DNA of 64,000 nucleotides from Myxococcota bacterium (GCA_044344255.1 JBIJDH010000027.1:24630-88629); one strand, 5' to 3'. Positions 27,910 through 38,135 are shown, numbered from the stretch's first letter. A program made the numbers and translations. The notes: generated by a model not told the origin, from the letters alone.

Positions 27910-29436
27910 TCATTCTACAGGAGACCGCCGCTCCCCGCCCGCCCGGTCGCTCGGCGCGGGGGGCTCCGCCTCGAAGAGGGCTCGGGCATCCTCGATCGCC
28001 GCGCGGGTGTCCTCGACCGCCGCCTGGATCTGGGCGCGGTGCGTGCGGAAAGAGAGCACGCAGACGCGCAGAAGGAAGGCCTCCCCCCAAGGCACCCCGG
28101 AGAGGAAGACCCTCGCGCGGGCGTTGATGCGGCTGAGGACCGCGCGGTTGAAGGCCGCGGCGTTCAACCCGTCGGGCGGCGCGACCCGGAAGGTGAACAG
28201 GCTCAGGACGGGCTCGCTCACCAGCTCCACACCGGGGATCTGTCGGAATTCCCGCGCGGCCTCCCGCGCGAGATCGAGCTTCTCGTCGAGGGCGGACCGA
28301 AAGGCCCCCGCGCCGTGCATCTGGAAGGGCAACCAGATCCGGAGCCCTCGGGCGCCCCGCGAGAGCTCGGGGCCGTGATCGGCGAAGTCCCACCGATCGC
28401 CCTCCTCATCGCTGGACGGCAAATAGCCAGCCGAGACCGCGTGGGCGCGCCGCAGGGCCTCACGCTCGCGAACGAGGAGGCAGCCCGTCCCATAGGGCAG
28501 GAACAAGCCCTTGTGCGGATCGAGGGCGATGGAGTCAGCCCGGGAGATCCCCGCGAAGGCCGCTCGCCCCCGCTCGGTGAGGAGGAAGAAGCCTCCGTAC
28601 GCGGCGTCGACATGAAACCAGAGCCCCTGCGCCTCGCAGAGGGCCGCCAGGGCATCGAGGGGATCGACGGCCCCCGTCGCCGTGGTGCCGGCCGAGCCGC
28701 AGACGAAGAAGGGGCGCCAGCCCGCCGCGCGGTCGGCCTCGATGGCCTGAGCGAGGGCAGCGACGTCGATCCGGAAGCGCTCGTCTACCGCGACGACCCT
28801 CACGTTTTCGACCGGGAACCCGGCGATCACCGCGGCCTTCTTCACAGAATGGTGCGTCTGTTCACTCGTGTACAGGGTGCCACGGAGGAAGTCGGGGGGC
28901 AGCCGCTCGCGGCGGGCGGTGACGAGGGCCGCGAGGTTGGCCAGCGAGCCGCCGGTGGTGAGGATGCCCCCCGAGCCCTCGGGGAGCCCAGCGAGCTCAC
29001 AGAACCAGCGGAGCACCGTCTGCTCGAGCTGGGCGAGGCCGGGGGAGGCGATCCACAGGTTGACGAACCGATTGGTCACCCCGGTGATGAGGTCGGCGAC
29101 CGCGGTCTCGACGAGCCCTCCTCCGGGGATGTAAGCGAGGTATCCGGGGTGGGCGGTGTTGAGGCTGATCGGCAACACTCGCTCGAAGAGCTGCGTGAGG
29201 ATCGGCCCCACGGGGCCCCCCACCTCGGGCATCGGCACGCGGAGCTCCGCGACCATCCGCTCCCGACCGCGGGAGCGGTTCGAGGGCTGGCTCGGCAGTC
29301 CGTCCAGCCAGGGGACGAGGCGCCGCAAGACCTGGTCCAGCAGGGCGCGCAGCCCCGCGCCGTCCATCTCCAACGGCGTAGACGAAGCAGCGGGCAAGGG
29401 GGAAGGAGCCGAGGAGGGGGGCGGCGTCTCGTTCAT
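27910..29436 (-). CDS. Group II PLP-dependent amino-acid decarboxylase (aromatic-L-amino-acid decarboxylase-like)
   Basis: HPGYLAYIP, GGSLAN, GTTATGAVDPL, HVDAAYGG, DPHK. Confidence 0.9.
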   Translation of the reverse strand: MNETPPPSSAPSPLPAASSTPLEMDGAGLRALLDQVLRRLVPWLDGLPSQPSNRSRGRERMVAELRVPMPEVGGPVGPILTQLFERVLPISLNTAHPGYLAYIPGGGLVETAVADLITGVTNRFVNLWIASPGLAQLEQTVLRWFCELAGLPEGSGGILTTGGSLANLAALVTARRERLPPDFLRGTLYTSEQTHHSVKKAAVIAGFPVENVRVVAVDERFRIDVAALAQAIEADRAAGWRPFFVCGSAGTTATGAVDPLDALAALCEAQGLWFHVDAAYGGFFLLTERGRAAFAGISRADSIALDPHKGLFLPYGTGCLLVREREALRRAHAVSAGYLPSSDEEGDRWDFADHGPELSRGARGLRIWLPFQMHGAGAFRSALDEKLDLAREAAREFRQIPGVELVSEPVLSLFTFRVAPPDGLNAAAFNRAVLSRINARARVFLSGVPWGEAFLLRVCVLSFRTHRAQIQAAVEDTRAAIEDARALFEAEPPAPSDRAGGERRSPVE

Positions 29437-29591
29437 CGGGGAGCTCCCCGCCGCTCGTGGAGGGGCTCCACGGGGATGTACGGCGTGTGGGCGGTGGGCG
29501 GTGGCGAGTCGGTGACGATTGTGGCGTCCGCCCTCGACCCGGCGTAACAGAGGGGTGCGTATCGCGTTTCGCACCCCGCCTGGAGCTGCCC

Positions 29592-30872
29592 ATGCGCTCG
29601 CCCCGCCTCTCCTTCCTCGGCTTCGTCCTCCTCGCACCGCTCGCGGCCTGCGGCGCCGATCCCCGAGGGAAGGTCCATCACACGCCGGAGGGCGACAGCG
29701 GGGCCGAGCCAGACGACAACTTCGGAGATGACGGCACGGTGCGCATCACGGCGCCGGCCAACGGCGCCGTGGTCACCCCCACCTTCGTCGTCTCCTTCAC
29801 GGCCGGCGCTGACATCGTGGCGGTCACCCTCAGCACCACGACGGGCATCGCGCTCGCCTCCCTCGAGGACGTCGATGGCTCGGGAGACATCACCGTCACC
29901 CTCGAGGAGGGCAACGACACGCTCTCCCTCTACGGCATCGACGCCAGCGGCACGATCCGCAGCCACCACAACGTGCGGGTGGTCGTCTCGGAGGAGGGTG
30001 GCACCTACGTCGCCATCACCAGCCCGACCGACGGCGCGAGCGTGCCGAACCCGGTCTACTTCACCCTCGCTGGCTCGGACGACATCGACAACATCGAGCT
30101 TTACGCCGACGACTTCCTCCTCGGCTCGGTCGAGCCCGGTGAGCTCCTGAGCTACTCCTTCGAGGGCACCGGCTTCGTGCGCCAGATCGAGGCGCGCGGC
30201 TACCAGGGCGCCGACGTCGTCGCGACCGATCAGCTCGAGATCACCGTCGAGCCCGCCACCGCGCCCCTGTCCTCCGAGTTCAACGCCCTCGTGCTCGAGC
30301 AGATCGACCGCTTCCCCACCGACGGCTCGTACGCCTACTACTGGCCCCCCGACGGCGACTGGTACGGCAACCCCGACGACGTGTGGTACCGGGGCGAGCT
30401 CTTCGAGCAGGGCGACCCCGAGAACCGCAGCTACTGCGTCGGTCTCACGCTCCAGCTCCTCCTCCACGGCTACCAGTCCGTGGAGGGCGTGGACGCGGCG
30501 CTCAACGACATCGCCTTCGCCGACCTCGACGAGTTCCGCACCGTATGGTTCGTCGAGGAGCTCTACGGGGCGGGCTCGGTCGACGCGCTCGAGGCCTACG
30601 GGATCGGCGAGCGCGTCACGGACTGGGAGGACATCGAGCCCGGCGACGTGCTCCAGTTCTGGCGCCAGTCCGGGAGCGGGCACAACAACTTCTTCATCGA
30701 CTGGGTCCGCGACGACGGCGGGGAGATCATCGGCCTCACCTATTGGTCCACCCAGGGCTCCACCGACGGCATCGGCTACAACACCGAGTACTTCGGCAGC
30801 ACCGGATCGAAGATCGACCCCAACTACTTCTTCGCCGGCCGCATCTACATGCCGGAAGACTGGGTCCGTTGA
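29592..30872 (+). CDS. Lipoprotein with Ig-like domains and putative Cys-His (NlpC/P60-like) catalytic domain
   Basis: Lipobox LAAC; two ITxPxxGA Big-like repeats; SYCVG, PGDVLQFW, GHNNFF. Confidence 0.65.
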   Translation: MRSPRLSFLGFVLLAPLAACGADPRGKVHHTPEGDSGAEPDDNFGDDGTVRITAPANGAVVTPTFVVSFTAGADIVAVTLSTTTGIALASLEDVDGSGDITVTLEEGNDTLSLYGIDASGTIRSHHNVRVVVSEEGGTYVAITSPTDGASVPNPVYFTLAGSDDIDNIELYADDFLLGSVEPGELLSYSFEGTGFVRQIEARGYQGADVVATDQLEITVEPATAPLSSEFNALVLEQIDRFPTDGSYAYYWPPDGDWYGNPDDVWYRGELFEQGDPENRSYCVGLTLQLLLHGYQSVEGVDAALNDIAFADLDEFRTVWFVEELYGAGSVDALEAYGIGERVTDWEDIEPGDVLQFWRQSGSGHNNFFIDWVRDDGGEIIGLTYWSTQGSTDGIGYNTEYFGSTGSKIDPNYFFAGRIYMPEDWVR

Positions 30873-31453
30873 ACATCTTCCTTTGGGCCAGCGGCGCCCT
30901 GCTCTTCAGCTGCGGGTCCGCCGCCGGGGGCCCGGGTGGCGACGTCGGCGGCGAGGGAGCCCCCGCCACGATCACCCCGACGACACCGACGACACCGACG
31001 ACACCGACGACACCGACGACACCGACGTCCGCCCCCCTCACCGCTCCGGAGTCCAAGATGGTCGCCGCCGACGTCGACGCCGTGCCCGCCGCCCTGTTTC
31101 GCGTGGTCTGGCTCGAAGGCGCCTGGGTGATCCCGCCCGCCTCCGGGGAGCTCGCCGACATCGAGATCACCGGCACCGCCGAGGAGCCCATGCTCGTCCG
31201 CCGCTCCGGGGCCGGCGAGGAGGTCTGGCTCATCACCGGCCGTCACGGCGACGGCGCCGGGGGCCTCACGGCCACCCTCCGCCAGCCCCGCGGCAAGTCC
31301 TCCGTCCTGCGGATCACCCCCTACGAGGCGCCCCCCGCCGGGGTGCCCGCGCCGCCGGCCGGCTCCTGGGTCGTCCGCATCGGCGGCGCCCCGACCGACG
31401 CCCACCTCGCGTGGGTCGATACGGCCACCCGCTCCCGCTTGCGCAGCCCCTGA
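30869..31453 (+). CDS. Hypothetical lipoprotein with (PTT)n linker
   Basis: TTG start overlapping the previous stop; LFSC lipobox-like; 9-bp CCGACGACA tandem repeat near 30977-31026. Confidence 0.55.
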   Translation: MNIFLWASGALLFSCGSAAGGPGGDVGGEGAPATITPTTPTTPTTPTTPTTPTSAPLTAPESKMVAADVDAVPAALFRVVWLEGAWVIPPASGELADIEITGTAEEPMLVRRSGAGEEVWLITGRHGDGAGGLTATLRQPRGKSSVLRITPYEAPPAGVPAPPAGSWVVRIGGAPTDAHLAWVDTATRSRLRSP

Positions 31454-31528
31454 CCCTCAGGGCAAGCTCTTCCCGCGTCCGACGAGCCCCGCCGCGGGAG
31501 AGGGCGACGCTCGGGTGACGGAGGGGCG

Positions 31529-32209
31529 ATGCGCTTCGACGCGGTTCAGATCCTCGGAAAGGAGCTCCGCCGGGACCCCGAGCGGGCGCTCCGAGAGCTC
31601 CGCGCCCGCTCCGCCGCGGCCTCCGTGGCGCTTCGCCGGGGCGCGCGCTTCGCCCTCTCCCTCGAGGCCCCCCTTCGCGGGCAGCGAGAGGCGGGGAGCC
31701 AGATCGTGGCGCGCCTGCTCGCCGAGCTCGGCGTGCCGGAGCAGGCGATCTTGCTCGATGAGTCCACCCGATCGACGCGGGAGGAGGCCCTCCACGGCTG
31801 CCGCTGGGCAGAGCAGCGCGGCTGGGGGCGGGTGCTGGTCGTCACGACGGCCTACCACGTGCCCCGCGCTCGGCGTCAGTTCGAAGAGGCCTTCGGGCCC
31901 GGTCGGGTGGCCGTGCACGCCCCGGAGGCCCTGCTGCGGGGCGCCACGCCCCTGGAGCGCCGCTGGATCGAGGCCGGCAGCCCCACCGCGGACGCCTTTC
32001 GAGCGGAGCTCGCGATCGAGGCCCTGCTCGCCAACCTCGCCCGCGGCGTCTCACTCTTGCCCTCACGGCTCCGTTGGGAGCTCGAGGTGCGGGCCGGGGC
32101 CGCCCTCCGCGGCATCGACGACCGCCGGGCAGCCAAGGCGGGCGCCGCCAGAGAACACGCAGCCAAGGGCGACGCAGCCAAAAACGAAGAAACCCGGAGA
32201 TCGGGCTGA
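31529..32209 (+). CDS. YdcF/DUF218 family protein
   Basis: DAVQILG, EAGSQIVARLL, ESTRSTREEA, VVTTAYHVPRA. Confidence 0.8.
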   Translation: MRFDAVQILGKELRRDPERALRELRARSAAASVALRRGARFALSLEAPLRGQREAGSQIVARLLAELGVPEQAILLDESTRSTREEALHGCRWAEQRGWGRVLVVTTAYHVPRARRQFEEAFGPGRVAVHAPEALLRGATPLERRWIEAGSPTADAFRAELAIEALLANLARGVSLLPSRLRWELEVRAGAALRGIDDRRAAKAGAAREHAAKGDAAKNEETRRSG

Positions 32210-32258
32210 TCTCCGGGCTGCAGCGGTGCGGGCCTCGCGGCCGGTCGCCCTGGGCGGG

Positions 32259-32411
32259 CTACCAGTTGCTGGCGCGGTGAACGGGCTTCATACGCCCGCC
32301 GGCCTTGCGGACCTTGAGGTGGCCAGTCTTCCGAAGGCGGACCTTCTTGTGCTTGGCTTTGAGCTTCGCGCGGTGACGCGCGGACTTGTGAGAGCGGACG
32401 GAGCTGGCCAT
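32259..32411 (-). CDS. Very basic small protein, 50 aa (MASSVRSHKSARHRAKLKAKHKKVRLRKTGHLKVRKAGGRMKPVHRASNW)
   Basis: Hand-translated and absent from the ORF track. GGAG RBS 6 nt before ATG; fills the gap between the YdcF-like gene and malQ. Confidence 0.72.
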   Translation of the reverse strand: MASSVRSHKSARHRAKLKAKHKKVRLRKTGHLKVRKAGGRMKPVHRASNW

Positions 32412-32531
32412 GGATATCTCCAGAATCTGGGCCCGGCGGCCTAATGCGATCGGGCCATTGGATCAAGGTCAGAAGTGAGCGCACGTCGAAATGGAGTCCG
32501 GCGCGCGGACGCCCGGGTTAACCCGGGAGCC

Positions 32532-34022
32532 ATGAGACGCGCTGGCATTCTCCTTCACCCCACGAGCCTCCCGGGCGCAGGCCCCTGCGGAGATCTCGGC
32601 GACGGCGCGCTGCGCTTCCTCGACTGGCTGCACGCCGCAGGCTGCGGCTTGTGGCAGGTCCTCCCGCTGAACCCGCCCGGGGCCGGCTTCTCCCCCTACG
32701 ACAGCCCAGGGGCGATGGCCGCTGGCACGCACCTCCTCAGCGTCCACCGCCTCGTGCGGGACGGCCTGCTCAAGGCGGACGAGCTCGGCCAGCCCTCTCG
32801 CGGGGCCGGCTTGCCCGATCGGGTGGACGTCGATCGCCTCAAGGCCTGGCACGAGCCGCTGGTGGACACCGCCGCCGCGCGCCTCGCCGAGGGCGATCCC
32901 GGCGCCGTCGAGGCCTTCACCCAGTCCCAGCCCTGGGTGGCCGACTGGGCCCTCTACCGAGCCCTCCTCCGGTACCGCGGGGCCACGAGCTGGGCCGAGC
33001 TGTCCCCTGCCCTCCGCGACCGCGAGCCCGAGGCCCTCCAGCGGGCCCGTGAACAGTTCGACGCCGTGATCCGCCGAGAGGTAGCCGCCCAGCTCCTCTT
33101 CCGCCGTCAGTGGGGGGAGCTCCGCGCCGCCGCCGCAGAGCGGGGTGTCGCGATCATCGGCGACCTCCCGATCTTCGTCTCCGGGGGCGGCTGCGACGTC
33201 TGGGCCAACCGCTCGCTCTTCCGCGGCGCGCAGGGAGAGGGCGGCGCCTGGTCCGCAGACCCCGTCACCGGCGTCCCGCCCGACTACTTCTCGCCGATGG
33301 GCCAGCGCTGGGGCAACCCCCACTACGCCTGGGAGGCCCACGAAGCTACCCGATACGCTTGGTGGAGTCAGCGCTTCCGGACCCTCTTTGACCTCTGTGA
33401 CGAGGTGCGCGTCGACCACTTCCGCGGCTTCGCCGCCGCCTGGGAGATCCGCGCCCACAGCGACGACGCCCGCACCGGCGCCTGGGCTCCCGGTCCGGGC
33501 ATCCGCCTCTTCGAGGCTGTCCGCGCCGCGATCGGCAAGCTGCCCCTCATCGCCGAAGATCTCGGGGTCATCACGCCCGACGTCGAGGCCCTGCGCGACG
33601 GCCTCGGCCTCCCCGGCATGAAGATCCTCCAGTTTGCCTGGGGCGGCGGGGCAGATCACCCCTTCCGCCCCCACAACTGGCCGCACCCGCGCTGGGTCGC
33701 CTACACCGCCACTCACGACAATGACACTTGCCGCGGCTGGTACGCCTCCGCCCCCGCCGTCGAGCAGCACCGCTACCGCGTCTACTGCGGCCGAGACGGC
33801 GCCGAGCCCCACTGGGACCTCATCCGCCTCGCCTGGGCGAGCGTCGCCGAGCAGGCCATCGCGCCGCTGCAAGACGTGCTCGGCCTCGACAGCGACGCCC
33901 GCATGAACACCCCCGGCACGCTCACCGGCAACTGGACGTGGAGGGCCCCGTCTCTCCCCGACTGGGCGGCGACCCGGCTGCGTGACCTCGGTGACAGTTA
34001 TGGACGCTCTCTCCCAGCCTGA
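32532..34022 (+). CDS. malQ: 4-alpha-glucanotransferase (GH77)
   Basis: GILLHPTSLP, GDLPIFV, GVPPDYFS, GQRWGNP, DHFRGF, AEDLG, THDN, RMNTPG. Confidence 0.96.
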   Translation: MRRAGILLHPTSLPGAGPCGDLGDGALRFLDWLHAAGCGLWQVLPLNPPGAGFSPYDSPGAMAAGTHLLSVHRLVRDGLLKADELGQPSRGAGLPDRVDVDRLKAWHEPLVDTAAARLAEGDPGAVEAFTQSQPWVADWALYRALLRYRGATSWAELSPALRDREPEALQRAREQFDAVIRREVAAQLLFRRQWGELRAAAAERGVAIIGDLPIFVSGGGCDVWANRSLFRGAQGEGGAWSADPVTGVPPDYFSPMGQRWGNPHYAWEAHEATRYAWWSQRFRTLFDLCDEVRVDHFRGFAAAWEIRAHSDDARTGAWAPGPGIRLFEAVRAAIGKLPLIAEDLGVITPDVEALRDGLGLPGMKILQFAWGGGADHPFRPHNWPHPRWVAYTATHDNDTCRGWYASAPAVEQHRYRVYCGRDGAEPHWDLIRLAWASVAEQAIAPLQDVLGLDSDARMNTPGTLTGNWTWRAPSLPDWAATRLRDLGDSYGRSLPA

Positions 34023-34050
34023 ACCCGACACCCGTGGCTATGGATCGCGC

Positions 34051-34548
34051 ATGCTCAAAGGGCTCATCAACCTCCCCTTCAAGGTGCTCGGCCGGGTCTC
34101 CCGGGCGGTCCAGGAGCGCCAGGACTCCGTCACCCAGGCGAAGTACGGTCGGGGTGATGAGCGGGACGACTGGGAAAAAGACGCGAACATCCCCGAGTTC
34201 GACACGCCGGCCGACTACGCGACCTCCTCCTTCCCCGCCAGCACAGCCGCCGTCCGCGGCTGGCTCAGCCTCCAGGATCCGCCCACGGTGCTGGTCGATG
34301 TGCGGCCGAGCGGGGTGCGCCGCACCGGGCGCGTCCGCGACACCGACCACATCCCCTTCGCCGCCATCCCGCTGCGCCTCTCCGAGCTCCCGCCCGAGGG
34401 CACCCGCATCGTCCTCTACTGCGACGACGGCGGCTTCAGCCGAGAGGCCACCCGCTTCATCCGCTTTCGTGGGATCGACGACGTCTGGTACCTCGAAGGT
34501 GGCCTCCAGGCCTGGAAGGCCGCCGGGGCCCCCGTGGTGGCCCTATGA
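34051..34548 (+). CDS. Rhodanese-like domain protein with N-terminal extension
   Basis: LVDVR, IVLYCDDG, YLEGGLQAW; start may be 34000 or 34051. Confidence 0.8.
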   Translation: MLKGLINLPFKVLGRVSRAVQERQDSVTQAKYGRGDERDDWEKDANIPEFDTPADYATSSFPASTAAVRGWLSLQDPPTVLVDVRPSGVRRTGRVRDTDHIPFAAIPLRLSELPPEGTRIVLYCDDGGFSREATRFIRFRGIDDVWYLEGGLQAWKAAGAPVVAL

Positions 34549-35162
34549 CCTCCGCCTCCACCCGGTCGCCTCGGCGCCTGCTGGGCGCTGCCCTGCTGGT
34601 GGTCCCGGTAGTGCTGGCCTGCAGCGGCAACTCCTGCAGCCGCCAGGCGGCGAAGGTGGTGCCCGCCCTCGAGAAGATGAACCCCGAGCTTGCCCTTGAC
34701 CCCGTCGAGTGCGACAAGCCCATCACGACGCCGGCCCCCCGCGGCTGCGCGATGCAGACCATCACCTGCGGTGACGAGCTCACGGGTAACAACAGCTACG
34801 GTCGGTACAACTTCGACGACGACTTTTACAACTCGAAGTTCTGTACGCCGGAGCGGCACGACTATGACCAGTCCCCCGAGGCGATCTACCAGCTCAAGCT
34901 GCCCGCAAACGTCGAGGCCGACGTCTACCTCGTGAGCGACTGCGAAGAGCTGGACCTCGCCTCTGTCCAGTGGACGAGCGAGCAGCGCTGTCCGACGATC
35001 GATCACACAACTGGCCCCTGCGAGATGAACGCGAAGAAGGCCGGCGGCTCGATCCGCATCACCACCGTGGACAAGCCCGAGACGCACCTCGTCATCGTCG
35101 ATGGGAAGCGAGGCGCCACCGGTAACTTCCGCATCAAGGTGAGCTGCGGCACCTACCGCTGA
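34545..35162 (+). CDS. Hypothetical Cys-rich lipoprotein
   Basis: VLAC lipobox, multiple Cys, PPC-like C-terminus HLVIVDG; ATGA coupling. Confidence 0.7.
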   Translation: MTSASTRSPRRLLGAALLVVPVVLACSGNSCSRQAAKVVPALEKMNPELALDPVECDKPITTPAPRGCAMQTITCGDELTGNNSYGRYNFDDDFYNSKFCTPERHDYDQSPEAIYQLKLPANVEADVYLVSDCEELDLASVQWTSEQRCPTIDHTTGPCEMNAKKAGGSIRITTVDKPETHLVIVDGKRGATGNFRIKVSCGTYR

Positions 35163-35192
35163 GCAGCGGCAGACAGGAGCAGGGCCTCGGCC

Positions 35193-36764
35193 ATGGAACG
35201 CGCTCTCCAGCCCCTCGGCCGCGCCGCCGTGCCCGCGCTGCTCGGCGCCGCGATGCTTCCCTTGGGCCTCGGCCTCGCGCTCGGCCTCGGCTGGGGTGCG
35301 TGGCCCTTGCTGGTTGAGCTCGGCCTCGTCGGGGCCGGGCTCGGGGCCCTCCTCGGCGCCGGGGTCACCCGCCTGCGGCGGCGCACGACCCCCTCGGTGG
35401 CCCTCGCCCTGCCCTTGCTGGCGGCCGCGGCCGGCGTGACGAGCAACGCCCTCGCCCCCTCCGGCCCCGCCGTCATCCTGATCGTCGTCGACTGCCTGCG
35501 GGCCGACCGCCTCGACGACGATCGCCTGCCGCGGATGAGCGCCCTGGCGGCCGAGTCTTACACCTTCACCGAGGCGATCGCCCAGTCTTCGTGGACCCGC
35601 TCCTCGGTGCCCTCCCTGCTGAGCGGGCTGATGCCGACCCAGCACCGCCTGTACCGGATCCGCCCCCGGCCCGACCGCCTCCCCGACGAGGTCCGCCTCC
35701 TCTCTCAAGACCTCCAGGCCTCCGGCTACCTGACCGCCGGCTTCATCGAGCAGGCGCAGCTCGACCCCGCCTTCGGCTTTGACCGCGGCTTCGATCGGTA
35801 CGGCGCCTCCGACGGCTTCGCCCGAAAGCTCACCCAGCGCTTCCTCCTGTGGAACCAGCTCACCCGCCGCCTCCCCCGCTTCGCCCACCTGCACCTGCTC
35901 GACGCCCACGGGCCCTACACCACCGGGAGGCGCCTCCGCGCGCCCAACCTCCCCCCCTCTGACCTGCCGACCCAGCCCGCCGGCGCCTGGCGCAAGACCA
36001 CCAAGGACATCCGGCGGGGTCGGATCGAGCCCAGCGCCGACGACTGGGCGCGCTTCTCCGGCCTCTACGACGGCGAGCTGCGGATGCTGGACCGCCGCCT
36101 CGGCGAGACCCTCGACCGCCTCGAGGCCGACGGCACCCTCGACGCGGCCTGGCTCGTCTTCACCGCCGACCACGGCGAGGCCTTCGGCGAGCACGGCCGC
36201 GGCGAGCACATGGGCCCTCCCTACGAGGAGGTGCTCCGTGTCCCGCTGTTCATCCGGCCGCCTGGCGGGCTCCCCGCGGCCCGCGTGATCGAGGCGCCCG
36301 TGCAGCACGTCGACGTCCTCCCCACCCTCCTCGGGGCCCTCTCGCTGCCGGCCCGCCCCGGCCTCGCCGGCCGCGACCTCCGCCCCCTCTTCTCGGGCGG
36401 CGCCGTGCCGCCGGTGCCCCTCATCGCCGAGGAGTGGGCCGCGAAGAAGCACCGCGTCTCGCTGCGATGGGGGGACTGGAAGCTGATCTTCCAGGGTGAC
36501 GAGGCCGAGCTCTACGATCTCTCCCGTGATCCGCGAGAGCAGGTCGACCTCGCCGCCGAGGCGCCCGAGCGGCGCGCCGCCCTCGAGTCCATGCTCGCCA
36601 CCTGGTTCGAGGCCGCCGCGTCCGGGCAGGCCCTGGCCGACGTCGACTGGGAGGCCGCCGCCGCCGCCGGCCGGCGCTGGCGGGGCGCGAAGGCCCGCTC
36701 GATCGACGCCGAGGTCTCCCCCGACATCCTCGAGCAGCTCGAGGCCATGGGCTACGTGGAGTAG
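35193..36764 (+). CDS. Membrane-anchored sulfatase-like (alkaline phosphatase superfamily) protein
   Basis: N-terminal TM helices, VDCLRAD, SSWT, ADHGEAFGEHG, HVDVLPT, ELYDL, LEAMGY. Confidence 0.85.
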   Translation: MERALQPLGRAAVPALLGAAMLPLGLGLALGLGWGAWPLLVELGLVGAGLGALLGAGVTRLRRRTTPSVALALPLLAAAAGVTSNALAPSGPAVILIVVDCLRADRLDDDRLPRMSALAAESYTFTEAIAQSSWTRSSVPSLLSGLMPTQHRLYRIRPRPDRLPDEVRLLSQDLQASGYLTAGFIEQAQLDPAFGFDRGFDRYGASDGFARKLTQRFLLWNQLTRRLPRFAHLHLLDAHGPYTTGRRLRAPNLPPSDLPTQPAGAWRKTTKDIRRGRIEPSADDWARFSGLYDGELRMLDRRLGETLDRLEADGTLDAAWLVFTADHGEAFGEHGRGEHMGPPYEEVLRVPLFIRPPGGLPAARVIEAPVQHVDVLPTLLGALSLPARPGLAGRDLRPLFSGGAVPPVPLIAEEWAAKKHRVSLRWGDWKLIFQGDEAELYDLSRDPREQVDLAAEAPERRAALESMLATWFEAAASGQALADVDWEAAAAAGRRWRGAKARSIDAEVSPDILEQLEAMGYVE

Positions 36765-36815
36765 GGACCTCGCTGCGGCCCTCCGCCTCCGGTGTGCCGA
36801 TACCGGCGACCGCCT

Positions 36816-38135
36816 TCACCCCATCGCCGTCCGGTCGAGCGCAAAGGGACCGTCCGGGCCCCAAGAGAGGCCCCAGGGCAGGCGCTCGGCGGTGGGCCCC
36901 CCCGGAGAGCCGCTGCAGCCCATCACCCGGCCCTTCCCGTCTACGACGAGGAGCCGGTGGGCCTCATCGACCTCCGGCACCTGAAAGGCCTGGAGCTGAT
37001 CGTGAAGCACCCGCTCCGGCACGGGGTGGGGTCGGCTGCGGTTGCGTCGACGGAGCTCCGCCTCGGGCACCAGCAGCAGGACGAGCGTGACGAGCGCGCC
37101 ATAATCGCGGCCGAGGGTGATGAGGGGCGCCCGCAGCTCCTCCCGGGTGTTGGTCGCGTCCCAGACCACCCGCTTGCCGGCCCGCAGCCCCACCCGGAGC
37201 TGCTCCCGGGCCGCCTGTCGGGCCTGTCCGCTGGCCGACTGGTCTCCCCGATGGGCGCCGAGCGCCTCGCGGAGGGCGTCGAGGGAGACGATGTGGCTCC
37301 CCGGGCCCTCGAGGTGGCGCTCGATGAAGGACGACTTTCCGCTCCCCGACGGGCCGACGAGCAGCACGAGCTCGGCGGGAGCGTCCGGCAGGGCGTGGGC
37401 GAGGTGCTGGTGGGCGAGGGGGTCCGGGATGCGCCCCGCGTGGTGGGCGAGGAGGGTCTCTCCCAGCATGAGCTCGGCCACGGCCGGCGGTCGGCCGGCG
37501 CAGAGGGCGCGGACGCGGTCGGTCCACTCCGCGAGCCAGCCCGGGGCGGCCTGCTCTTCGGAGAGGGCCGCGAACCACTCGATGTGGGCGACCTGCTCGG
37601 CCCGGTCCACGCAGCGCCGGCCCCGCATGTCGGCGAGCTCCACCGCCGCGAGGCCCGCCATGTCGGCCCGCCGACTGACCCGCCGCCAGTCCCCGGTCGG
37701 GCGGTCCTTGATGACGAGGAATTTCGGCTCGTGGTGGGAGCCCACGAGGCCCATGAGCCTCCACAGGGCGGGGAAAGGGAGCTCCGTCAGCAGGCGGTTC
37801 GCGAGGTAGGAGCGCCCGATCGCCTCGTGATGACGCGCGACCACCCGCGGTCGATCGCGGACGACCTCTGTGCGGGTGGTGACGGGCTTACCGATGTCAT
37901 GCAGCGCAGCCCCGAGGATATACAGCGCCTGCGTCTCGACGGGGAGATCGGAGGGCAGATGCGCGTAGAGCGCGTCGAGCACCATCGCCGTATGAGTCGC
38001 GACGTCCCCCTCCGCGTGCCATTCGGGGTCCTGGGGGGTCTCGGCGAAGCGCTCCATCCACGGGAGGCGCAGCGCCGCGGTCATGGTGGCGAGATCAGGG
38101 CGGGCGCCGCCGAGGAGCGCGGTCCAGAGCTTCAT
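36816..38135 (-). CDS. HD-domain phosphoesterase / P-loop polynucleotide kinase fusion (HD-Pnk-like)
   Basis: QDPEWHAEGDV..HT, LHDIGK; Walker A GPSGSGKS, SLDALR, VWDATN. Confidence 0.85.
   Translation of the reverse strand: MKLWTALLGGARPDLATMTAALRLPWMERFAETPQDPEWHAEGDVATHTAMVLDALYAHLPSDLPVETQALYILGAALHDIGKPVTTRTEVVRDRPRVVARHHEAIGRSYLANRLLTELPFPALWRLMGLVGSHHEPKFLVIKDRPTGDWRRVSRRADMAGLAAVELADMRGRRCVDRAEQVAHIEWFAALSEEQAAPGWLAEWTDRVRALCAGRPPAVAELMLGETLLAHHAGRIPDPLAHQHLAHALPDAPAELVLLVGPSGSGKSSFIERHLEGPGSHIVSLDALREALGAHRGDQSASGQARQAAREQLRVGLRAGKRVVWDATNTREELRAPLITLGRDYGALVTLVLLLVPEAELRRRNRSRPHPVPERVLHDQLQAFQVPEVDEAHRLLVVDGKGRVMGCSGSPGGPTAERLPWGLSWGPDGPFALDRTAMG

Noticed and set aside
35193..36764. 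Sulfatase pseudogene because it lacks CxPxR
   Set aside because: The SxWT-type motif is common in this sulfatase-like subgroup and the ORF is intact.
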